The notes beneath the pieces are model-generated. The model made no database searches. It worked only from the letters and a program-made list of their open reading frames with translations, and was not told the DNA's origin. From Octopus sinensis (taxonomy: Eukaryota): a stretch of 64,000 bases of DNA. The stretch is from NCBI RefSeq assembly GCF_006345805.1, contig NC_043005.1, positions 45,942,001 through 46,006,000 of the forward strand, given 5' to 3'. Each line of letters starts with the position of its first letter. Position 1 is the stretch's first letter. Positions 1-10,298 of the stretch are shown here, piece by piece. A program made the position numbers and the translations under genes.

Positions 1-205
1 TATAGCCTCAGACTGACCAAACTCTTGCAGGTGGATTTGGTATATAGAAACTAATTGAAGTTTATATGTATATGTATGTGTGTCCCCACTACTGCTTTAG
101 AACCAGTGTTGGTGTGTTTACATCCTTGTAACTTAGTGGTTTGGTGAAAAAAGATCGATAAAGTACTGGAATTGATTCATTTGACTAAAAATTGAAGACG
201 GTGCC
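1..205 (+). mobile_element. 3' part of tRNA-derived SINE family A (CORE-like), CpG-decayed
   Basis: Aligns by eye with the intact copy at 51154-51562 (tatagcctc..gaccaaa..ttgtgagtggatttggtag..gaaac..gaag). Truncated by the window edge. Confidence 0.8.
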
Positions 206-705
206 CCAAGTAAAAGATAAAAGATACACACACATATCGAGACAAACAGACAGGAAGATGGAAAAGGAGAGTGAGAGAAAGATAAGAATTCTATTGTGGT
301 ATTATGCAATAAGTGAAGTTTCAAACCCTTAAACTATATTCTCAGATGTTTTCAAATTAAAGCATACATCTGAAATTAATTTAATGCAGTCCTTTTGAGA
401 AACAGAATGCTATTTCCTTGAGGAAGAATTCAAATGTAACTATTTTCCATTCCATTAAATTGAAAGCAATAGAATTATTTTCTCATCATAACTTTCTTTA
501 AAAACTAAATTCTGCAAATATGGTTATATTTCAATAAACTTCAAATTCACAAAAAAATTTTTCAGAAATGTTTTGTTGTTTAAATCTAATTCAGCCTTGA
601 TTTAAGCATTCTACAATGCATTCTAGCTATAACCATCCCATCTTGTTCCTGTGTGCTAGGCAGCCAGCATTACATCATCCAATTGTCCTTTCTAAGATTT
701 TAAGG

Positions 706-1328
706 CAGTGGTCCTCAGCCAAATTTTACCTGTGGACCCCTTTGATTCCTATTTTACTCAGGTGGGCCCTCATAGAGATTTGGTGCTTGTGCAGGCGTGG
801 CTGTATGGTAAGAAGAGTGCTTCCCAAAGACATGGCTCTAGGTTCAATCCCAATGCATGGCACCTTGGGCAAGTGCCTTCTATTGTAATCTCAGACTGAC
901 CAGAGCCTTGTGAGTGGATTTGGTAGAATGAAACTGAAAGAAGCCCATTGTGTATATGTATTTACGTGTGTGTTTGTACCCCCATCACAGCTTGGCAACT
1001 GGTGTTGGGGCATTTACATCTCCATATCTTAGTGATTCAGCAAGAATATCACTGATAGAATAAGTACTAGGCTTATGAAATGAGACCTGGGGTCAATTTG
1101 TTCAGTTAAAACCCTTCAAAGCATTGCTCTGGCATGGCTGCAGTCAAATGACTGAAACAAGTAAAAGAATATTTTAATACTTAAATGATATAAGGAAATG
1201 TATAAAATGGGTTTTTTAAATATTTTGTGCATTGTAGAAACAGAACCAACTTATTGCACATAAATTTTAATAAACAAAATTTTGTATGAACCTCTAAAGA
1301 TCATATGGACCCCGGCTGAGAATCTCAG
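706..1328. mobile_element. hAT/Charlie-like MITE interrupted by a SINE A copy (~789-1170)
   Basis: Termini cagtggtcctcagcc / ggctgagaatctcag, degenerate 8-bp flanks ttttaagg / ttctaaga. Internal sequence matches the uninterrupted copy at 49701-49907. Confidence 0.7.
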
Positions 1329-1482
1329 TTCTAAGATATGATTTGAAAGAGATTTGGCCGCAAGTTTAAGATGAAGTTTTGTGTGATTTCTGTGTATAAT
1401 AAGTGTTCTCTGTGATTAAAAAAATTACCTTGAAGATATCAGTTTATTATTTTTATGACAATACATATGGTTTTCCAACTAG

Positions 1483-1508
1483 AGTTAGTCCTCCATTATC
1501 TGAACCAG
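1483..1508 (+). other. Candidate small exon (unassigned)
   Basis: ggttttccaactag|AGTTAG...GAACCAG|gtgagt. Perfect donor, open frame (YDNTYGFPTR)VSPPLSEP; alternative acceptor at 1442. No homology recognised. Confidence 0.25.
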
Positions 1509-1595
1509 GTGAGTGAGGTATATTTTGTTTGGATAATTGGTTGTTCAGACAAGTGATCTAATTGTAAACAGAGGACACTATCTTACCTTTAATCT

Positions 1596-1920
1596 TCTAC
1601 TTGTTTCAGTCATTAGACTGCAGCCATGCTGGGGCACTGCCTTGAAGAATTTTTAGTTGAGTGTATCAACCCCAGTACTTAATTTTTTTTAAAGCTTAGT
1701 ATTTATTGTCAGTGGTACTTATGGCGACATAGACACACCAGCATCAGTTTTCAAGCATTGGGGTGGACACAGACACAGTCACACACAGCTTCTTTCAGTT
1801 TTCATCTACCAAATCCACTCACAAGGTTTCGGTTGGCCCAAGGCTATAGCAGAGGACACTTTCCCAAGGTGCCATTCAGAGGGGTGGTTGTGAAGAAAGT
1901 TTCTTACCACACAGTCACAT
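1596..1920 (-). mobile_element. SINE family A copy
   Basis: Reverse complement of the family A body and head (cttgtttcagtcatt..ctgcagccatgctgg..gcactgccttgaag..aaatccactcacaagg..cccaaggtgcc). Confidence 0.8.
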
Positions 1921-3563
1921 AAAAAAGCACAAAGTGACAAAATATTCTAGTCTCCTGCAATCTTACCATGATCCAGACAGTAGTGGTGTTTGCTTCGCCT
2001 CCACAAACATAATAACAACCAGATAATAGTATGATATGGAAAGCTCAGCAACTAATAGTTATTACCATTGCACAAAAAAAAATTGTTGTGATTTGTGATT
2101 AAAGCCTGGTCGTTCTATCTTGTTTTATAAATTTATACTTTGCTAATACAAATATAACACATGATATATATTACTTAAAGAAGCTAAAATAAAATATTGA
2201 TTTTAAAGGCCAGCACATTTAGGGAAGGGGACTAGTCAATTACACTGACCCCAGTGCTCAACTGCTATTCATTTTATCAACCTCTAAAGGATGAAAGGCA
2301 AAGTCAACCTTAGCAGAATTTAAACTCAAAATGTAAAGATGATGAACAAAGACTAAAATAAAATTAACAGAAGAAATTGATATTTCAATGTAGCCTTTTG
2401 TTTCATAGAAGTTTCTAAAATGCTTTTCATCATTTGCATTTAGCATATGAGTAATATTTTAATTCCTTATAGCATGCAACTGCATATATACACACCACAC
2501 ACTGTTTTTCGATAATATAACCCCTTACTGATATCTAATTTGCCAAATACACAGACAATTTATCTTCATGCATCTAATGATTGCTTTCAATGGATAAAAC
2601 CTATTATAAATTGTGCATTATTAACTCTTTTGCATATTATTCCATAGTACAAACATCTATTACATGTAGACCAAATCTGTTAACCAAATACCCAACAGAG
2701 ATCCATATCTAACTTTCCAGATCTGATGTTCCACTTAATTTATTTTCCTCATCTGGTGGCATCACCATTTAGTCTGACCGAAGCTGTAACAAGAAATGGT
2801 TACAATCACTGAGTAAAATTATCTTGTATTGTTCCATTACAAATTAGATATACACACGTACATGCACATGTATACATACAAACATGTATGTATGTATGTA
2901 TGTATGTATGTGCATAAAAAACATATAATATACAGAAAATAATCACTGAATGGTTGTGTATACATAAAACAATCACTGGGCAGTTGTAGCTGATCATGGT
3001 TTGATAAGGGAGCTGCATGGATGACAGAGAAAAAAACACATCCTATAATGTGGGCCAAAAGAATTTTGACATAACTTGGTAGTATCGATTTTCCTGTGCA
3101 CCATTAAAGAGAACAATATCTTAAAAGGTGCCAAAACCATTGTGATATCTAATTGATAGCTGATACAGAGAATGACTCACCCACAGGTTAAGCTGTATGT
3201 AAAATATGTATACTCGATGGATGAAATGCCACTAAGCATTTTGACTGTCATGTTAACAATTCTGCCAGTTCACTGCTTTTAAATATTTATTAAAATAATA
3301 AATATATGTTTCAAATTTTGGTACAAGGCCAAGTTTTTCAGGGGAGGGTGTAAATCGATTACATTGACCCCAGTGCCCAACTGATTCTTCTTTTATCAAC
3401 CATGAAGGGAGTTTAAATATATAACTATTAAATGCATGTTATGTCCAACCAAGACTGTTTCCTTTTCACATTATCAATCCTCAACTCCTTTTTAAAGCTG
3501 ATGACCAAATGATTATCAAACTGATTAAAGCATATTTAAAAATACTTGTATATATTCTTTTTA

Positions 3564-3950
3564 ATATAGTGGTCGTATACTGTCAACTCAATATGACAGT
3601 CCTGTAAGGGAATTATACCACCGCCATTTAGCCCTAGGAAACATCGACACCTCCTGTCAGCTTTAACACATTTTTACTGATAATATGATATATTTGCAGA
3701 GAGGTTGCAGTCATCTCAGCGATCGAGGCAGGCTACCCTGAACTGACGATGAGCAATACGCTCAGAAAAATATGTCTTCAGGTGCCTTGTCCCGGCTTGC
3801 GGGGGTGATTGCCTCCCCTTTGCAAATATAAGGACACAGAAAATGTGTCAAAGCCGACAGGAGACGTCAATGTTTCCTAGGGCTAAATGGCGGTGGTGTA
3901 ATTCCCTTATGGGACTGTCACATTGAGTTGACAGTATACGACCACTATAT
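3564..3950. mobile_element. Long-inverted-repeat (foldback/MITE-like) element with TA/ATAT flanks
   Basis: Arms 3564-3673 and 3840-3950 are ~110-bp inverted repeats differing only by transitions (atatagtggtcgtatactgtcaactcaat... / ...attgagttgacagtatacgaccactatat). Weaker pairing continues inward (atatttgca / tgcaaatat). Confidence 0.9.
3724..3789 (+). ncRNA. Putative type I hammerhead ribozyme
   Basis: Stem I CCTGAA(3737-42)/TTCAGG(3777-82); core CTGACGA(3743-49); stem II TGAGC-AATAC-GCTCA(3750-64); GAAA(3765-68); AATAT; GTC(3774-76). Distal stem I CGAGGCA/TGCCTTG beyond a 6-nt bulge. Helix III is a near-palindrome (AAATATGT, one change from ACATATGT). Confidence 0.75.
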
Positions 3951-5074
3951 CGCTTCACCACTGCTTATGACTCTCTGAGACATTTAGAAATTCAATATTT
4001 CTAATTTCTTTTTAATAATTCATTAAAAATAAATATTAGACACTTCTTAAGTCAGATGTATGCACACCTAGAGAAGCATTAGGTAATTCACAAAATTACA
4101 CAAGGCAATTCATAGGGCTAAGTGAAAAATAATGTAAACAATTATATTTATATATTTTTTGAAGTAAAATAATAAAGCTACAGGTCTTGAAAGACATTCT
4201 AATCACTTATTTTAATGGACAAATTTTCTTTTTACATAAATTATATCTCAATATTTTTCACTTATTACATTAAAAACTTGAATATTACTTTTCTTATTTG
4301 TTTAAATAAATGGATTTTATGATTATTCATTTTGTGATAAAATAATAGTTTTTAAATTATTTTGATATTTATCTTTCATTTATGTTACATTATAAATTTA
4401 ATTAAATCTGAATATAAAAGTGTAAATAATCATCAGTATTTATATTTAAATAGTTAAATATAGTAAATAGCATTTTATTTAAAATGTTTTCTAATCAAAT
4501 GAGAAGTTAGCAAAATATTTTCTATTTCATAAAGGATTTACTGGCTATTTTGTAGGAAATTTCTTACAAATATTATAGAACACAAACAAGTATTAGAGAA
4601 AAGGTGTTTTCCATTTTTCAAATATATTCTCTAATTAAAAGTGAATATTAATTCTCTAACAGATATATTCTTAAAAGGTGATTTTTTTTCTCTGTTCAAG
4701 ATAAAGGTGATAGGTTAAAATAAACACTTTGTAAACAAGTAATTAATATTAAACAGGATGGAAAACCTAAAAGCAGAAATTCAGATTTCTTCACACAACT
4801 GGTGAAATTAATTAGAATTAAAAATAAATACTTCCAGCCTAGCTAGAGTCATAAATGATTTGCTTATTTCACTGAGTGCAATATATTTTTCTAAGAATAA
4901 CCTTGACAGTTCTGACAACACTAAGTATCAAAATAATTATTACATTTTTAAGTTCTGATTTGTTCATAGATACCTTGCAGCAAATTTTTTTTTCTCATAA
5001 AAGTATACTGTTTCATTTTTGTATTTGGTTTGCAAGATTTTTAATGCGAAATCATGTGTTGAAACAAATCTTGC

Positions 5075-5461
5075 TGTGTCCTGAGAGGGTCATTGTGCCA
5101 GTAATAATGACACATGCACTGATTCAATATCACTTCTTTATTGTTAGCCAAATGGTTAAATGTCTAACCAATTAATTGATCATTTGCTTAATGTGCTGGT
5201 TAAACAAACTCTTAGTTGGCTGTTTGTCAAAGTGTCTTGAGACAGACTCAAGGCAGACCTTGAAGGGAGAGAGCATGTCCTCAAGAAGGTTGCAAAGAAC
5301 GACAAAAGGACTTCACAAACAAACAACCGACCGATTGGTTGTTTAACCAGCACATTAAACAAATGATCAATTGGTTGGTTTTATATTCAATCACCTAACA
5401 ATAATGAAGTGATATTGAACCAGTGCATGTGTTATTCACATAATGACCCTCCCAATACACA
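5075..5461. mobile_element. Foldback/MITE-like element, degenerate ~150-bp inverted arms
   Basis: gacacatgcactgattcaatatcacttc vs gaagtgatattgaaccagtgcatgtgtt; ttgatcatttgcttaatgtgctggttaaacaa vs ttgtttaaccagcacattaaacaaatgatcaa. Confidence 0.8.
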
Positions 5462-5689
5462 AAATATTTTGTGCCAAATTTTAATGTACATATTTTCAAT
5501 TTGTTGACAGAAATTATAATTATAAGGTAAAGAACTTTTCTTGATAAACATATCTTCTTCATATTTTTGAATAATGATTCCTAACTAAAATATTAATATT
5601 TTCAGAATTTTATCAGTTGACACAAAACTTTGATGACATCAAACAGAAAAAGAAAATACCAGACAAGTTCCTCAGTTATAGCTTCACAG

Positions 5690-6230
5690 AAACAGAAAAC
5701 AAAAGGCAAATGATGCCATAATGTGTTGTCAGCTCGAAAAGTACTAACTTGAAGTGTTTTCAGCAGATTCCTTTTAAAAGATTCTCAACATTTGAAACAC
5801 AGCTCTTTCTTCTAACCCATGGAAATACATGGAAAATTTAGAAATAGCTGTCAAAAGGCGAAAATTAGAAAAAAAAAAAAAAGTTGCATTTTAGTAACTT
5901 GCAGCATCAAGAACCAGCTCTAAAGTTGCCTTGTTGTCTACCTGAAACAAAAAGTCATATACAATTGGAAAAGAATTGGTAAACCTGTAGCTATGAAAAC
6001 GACAGAAATCTTGTGTAACCAGAAAAGAGCCATGTAACTTACTTCGGTGACTTTGTCAGTAAGAGTTATGAAAAAAGCAAACAATTAGCAGATAAACCCA
6101 AGAGAGCTAAGGTTATGTTGTACTAATCCAAACTATAGCTGTCAGCATTAATTAACAATGGATTATTTGTCACAGGTGTTCAGATGCAATTGAAAAGGAA
6201 GAAATGTTGTCCGGTTTGCCACTTGAGATC
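5690..6230 (+). pseudogene. Degenerate hAT (Charlie/Buster, ZBED5-like) transposase fragment
   Basis: Frameshifted translation KSYTIGKELV/KPVAMKTTEILC (~5952-6018) resembles the KPHTIGEELIxPAA motif; downstream DAIEKEEML..LPLE. Confidence 0.55.
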
Positions 6231-6244
6231 TTGTGAAACTGAAG

Positions 6245-6470
6245 GGTTCTTAGAATTCACATTATTCTGTCAGAAGTAATGCTTCTTTATTCTCACTGTT
6301 TTATATTTAATCATGCATTATGTTGTAGCTTTGAGATTTTGAAGAAGTAACTGTTAACTTTTAAAATGATATTGTAGGGTTGGTGTGAGATGCCAGATGT
6401 GGCAAGTTTGGTAATAGAACAGGTAGAATATTTTGGCTGGGCATGGCCAGTTTAAATGCTAAAGGATTAA
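6245..6470. mobile_element. Degenerate MITE family with TTAA/ccc..ggg-type ends (further copies ~9240-9460 reversed and ~11320-11490)
   Basis: Shared internal sequence (gtaatgctt.tttattc...tagcttt...atga.attgtaggg.tggtgt..ga) and the terminus aatgctaaagg.ttaa. Confidence 0.55.
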
Positions 6471-6636
6471 CAATGCAGACAATGCTTATTTTAAACTCTA
6501 CATACTGATGACATTGGATGTTAGTGTAGCCCTGCAGCTTGACAGTTTCCTGTCAAACCATGCTATCCATGCCAGCAAGGAATGTGGATGTTAAATGATA
6601 CCTACTACCACACATACACAGATATGTATATATTGA

Positions 6637-6906
6637 GCTGAGAGATAGGCCCTTTGTTGCCAGCAGGGGTAGGAGTTCTCTGAACTTTGCCCAACCTAAA
6701 CTTATTCTCATAGCTATGATCTTGGAGCATCCACCTCCACTACTAACTTGGTCACCTAGATAACGGAAGCTATCTACTACCTGTAGCTTGCCCCACTGAG
6801 AGTTGATGGAGTTTATTTTCTGAACATTTTCAGCGTTTATTATACCTGTGCACCTTCCACATGCAAAAGTTAGTTCCCTGTAAAACTTCCTCTGATGGTG
6901 CTGCAC
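6637..6906 (-). pseudogene. RTE-clade LINE reverse transcriptase fragment
   Basis: ORF 6553-6906 contains VVDSFRYLGDQVSSGGGCSK..RISLGWAKFRELLPLLATKGLSL, the RTE RT YLG region. Confidence 0.85.
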
Positions 6907-7164
6907 CTTTTATGTGTCCTAAGCTATGCATATACATATATCTGGACCAAAACAGTTTGATTTAAATTCCTTGGTACTTTAAGTTTCAAAGCGAGATGCT
7001 AATCCTCAGCCATTGGAAATTTGAATCATTCAAATTTCCACACGCTTTGTAACTCAGAGTACCAAGGAATCTCAAACTGTTTTGATCCATACATGTAACT
7101 CCCAATAAATGTGTTGAGTGTCCTTCTTTCATTTGTCCACTGTCTCATATATATGCCTATGTGA

Positions 7165-7308
7165 TTAAGAAATTTGCCTGCATGACTAAGAAATTTGCTT
7201 CCAAGTCACATGACTTTGGTTTCAGTCCTACTCCTGTGACACCTTGACCAAATGTCTTCTATAGCCCCAGGTAGTAGAAAGAGACACAAAAGCAACCACC
7301 AACACCTA

Positions 7309-7352
<44 letters not shown>

Positions 7353-7600
7353 GACATATATATATAAAGCACATAGGTATTTGTGGTTGTTTTTGTGTCT
7401 ATTTGTTTTCATGTGTGATAGAAGTAGATGAGTGTTGCTATTATACAGACTATGTCTATCATTTCCAATGTTCTGTGAAAGAAATATTACCTTGTTTGAA
7501 AACAGAGGAGAGATGGTGACAGAAAGGACATCTGGCTATATAAAATCTACCTCAACAGATCAAGTCTAACTCATGCAAGCATGAAAAAGCAGACATTAAA
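7165..7600 (+). mobile_element. SINE A head, (AT)n, and RTE-like tail (gacattaaaccaatgatg)
   Basis: Family A head motifs plus a 3' end shared with family D. Confidence 0.65.
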
Positions 7601-8234
7601 CCAATGATGGTGATGATCACCATAATGATATCTCATCTACCATACAAAACGGAGCTCTAGAAACTGAAGATTACTTTCAGTTACCAAAATCAATAGAGAT
7701 TGTTCGTCACATATTACAACACTTAAGAGACAGCTATCAAGTTACATTAAAAAATGACACATGAACTAAAAGTCAGGCTTTAGGCTAAATATCACACAAT
7801 CTTCTCTTTCATTTACTCATTTAATCACCTGTTATTTTTTTTTTATTTTGACCAATTTATTTCTTATTTATTTTATTTTATTATTATTATTTTTTTTTTG
7901 CAGTGAGAGGTGTTGGCAGGGAAAGCATAAATATGAATACAGAGAGAAAGTAAACAGAAATATGCATGGAATACCGTGCTTAATTAAAAAGAATCAGTAT
8001 TTAAATTAGACAACAATCTATGCTTAAAACAAAATTTTTTTTTAATGTAGGATGCCATTAAGAGGGAAAACAAACAAAAACAGTGAGTGTGAACAGCCTT
8101 GAGAAAGATTAACAATTGAAGTATAAACAATAACAAATATTTTTCAATAAAATAAAATAGTGCTTTATTATAGCCAAGTATAATGGAAGTGAATGCAACT
8201 GGTGGTATGAGTAGTGTGGAGAAATGAGAATACA

Positions 8235-8680
8235 GGTGCAAGTGTGGCTGTTTAGTAAGAAGCTTGCTTCCCAACCACATGATTCTAAGTTCAATCCCAA
8301 AGCATAGCATTTTGGAGAAGTGCTTTCTACTATAGCCCCTCATCAAACAAAGCCTTGGGAGTGGATTTTCTGAATGAAAATTGAAAGAAGCTCATCATGT
8401 ATGCATGTACATATATGTGATGTTTATGTTTATATTTATATTTATATATATATATATATATATTCTCTGGGTTTGTCCAACAGCTATCACCACCACTTGA
8501 CAATGGGTGTTTGTTGATTTATGTCCCCATTAAATAGCAGTTTGGTGAAAGAGACCAACAGAATTAGTAACCGGGCTTAAAAAAAAAGTACTGGGGTCAA
8601 TTTGTTCAACTAAAACCCTATCTGTTTGACTAAAACCCCCAGCATGGCCACAGTCTAAACAAGATAAACGATATGTACTG
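8235..8680 (+). mobile_element. SINE family A copy, CpG-decayed
   Basis: Head gtggctgtttagtaagaagcttgcttcccaaccacatgattctaagttcaatccc and family A body. Confidence 0.8.
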
Positions 8681-8764
8681 TTGTGTTCATGATGTTGTGT
8701 GGAAATGAAGTCCCCCACCACAACCAATAAATGAAAACAAATAACCAGCTCATTTAAGAGTACC

Positions 8765-9095
8765 CTTCAGTTGTTGGGTAATATGCTGTGCTTGAGAAGA
8801 CCTGTTGAGTCAAGTGAAATCCTTGTCGTGGCTGATGCCAGTACCACCTGACTGGTATTCATGCCAGCGGCATGTAAAAAGCACCATTTGAGCATGGTCA
8901 ATGCCAGCACTGCCAGAATGGCTCCTGTGCCAGTGACATGTAAAAAGCACCCACTACACTCTCAGAATGGCTAGTGTTAGGAAGGGCATCCAGCTGTAGA
9001 AACATTGCCAGATCAGACTGCAACCTCCTGGCTTGTAGGTCCTCAGTCTAACTGTCCAACCCATACCAACATGGAAAACGGATGTTAAATGATGA
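8765..9095 (+). mobile_element. Non-autonomous RTE-tailed retroposon (family D)
   Basis: Internal repeats ..gtaaaaagcacc, motif ttaggaagggcatccagctgtagaaac, tail atggaaaacggatgttaaatgatgat. A second copy lies at 22612-22947. Confidence 0.75.
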
Positions 9096-9662
9096 TAAAT
9101 ATGTAACTGAAATCTTCGAGGGAATCTCTCCTGGCAAATAGATATCTTCAACACAGCTAGAGCTACTTCTGTTCAGAGCTAGAAAATTATTCAAGACCCT
9201 ATCAACTATTAACCTTCTACAAAGTTCAGATAAGAGCCATAATTGAGCATTTAGTATTTAAACTGGTCAAATGCAGCACTAATGTTCTACCTGTTTTATG
9301 TTAAAACTGGTCAGATTCAGCTTCTCACAACTACCCAACAATGTCATGCTAAAAATTATCAACCACATCATTGAAACTTCAAAGCAACAAGACAATGCAC
9401 AATTAATTCAAAACTATAAGCATAACATTTGATAGAGCAATCTGAACACAAAAGGGTTAATTCTGACGGAAAAATGAACATTAAAAGAATGATGATATTT
9501 TGAGCACTCAATTTAACAAGAACTTACAGCTACACAATAGCATCAACACAATTGGAAAATGATGCTTAAATTATTCAATTGAGCACTATAGTTCCAGTGA
9601 GTTAGAGCTGACCTGGGAGTAAAACAACAATAATAACACCTAACTTCAGTGAATGATTTTAA

Positions 9663-9882
9663 CCCTTTCGTTACTGTATTTACTTTGAGATACTCTGTGT
9701 TTCTTTCAATTACTTTAAATATAACAAAGAATTTAGTAAAATAACTTAGTTATCATTCAGCTAGTGTTAGGAACATAAATTGTGACTAAGGTTTGGTGGA
9801 AGATATTAATTCAAAACTTATGAAAACAAGACATTTGTACTCAGAACCAGAGCCGGTTTCAGCCGGGTTGGTAACGAAAGGG
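9663..9882. mobile_element. piggyBac-type MITE (220 bp)
   Basis: TTAA(9659-62)|ccctttcgttac ... gtaacgaaaggg|TTAA(9883-86): perfect 12-bp TIRs and TTAA TSD. Confidence 0.9.
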
Positions 9883-10065
9883 TTAAATATGGTTTATTAA
9901 AATTTATCTAAATCATGGATAAATACTGTTGTTGTTTCACTCCAGGCCAACTTTGAACTATGACTAATTATTTTTGTTACTTATCTTTGGCTGCGTCGTT
10001 AAGAAATTTGTTTCTCAACTATGTCATGCTGGGTTCAGTCCCACTGCATGGTATTTTGGGCAAGT

Positions 10066-10298
10066 AGGGTGACGAGCCGGCAGAAATGTTAGCACGCCGG
10101 GCGAAATGCTTAGCAGTATTTCGTCTGCCGTTGCGTTCTGAGCTCAAATTCCGCTGAGGTCGACTTTTCCTTTCATACTTTCGGGGTCGATAAATTAAGT
10201 ACCAGTTACGCACTGGGGTCGATATAATCGACTTAATCCGTTTGTCTGTCCTTGTTTGTCCCCTCTGTGTTTAGCCCCTTGTGGGTAGTAAAGAAATA
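10066..10298 (+). mobile_element. Young SINE family B inserted into a SINE A (~9995-10640)
   Basis: 16-bp TSD ggtattttgggcaagt at 10050-10065 and 10299-10314. CpGs intact; central motif gtcgacttt.cctttcat.ctttcggggtcgataaattaagtaccag (resembles the MetaSINE-type domain as I recall it; unverified). Confidence 0.9.

Noticed and set aside
2650-2790. Minus-strand terminal or start exon after ccatttcttgttacag
   Set aside because: Stops in all frames within ~35 nt and only weak donors; cannot be distinguished from chance.
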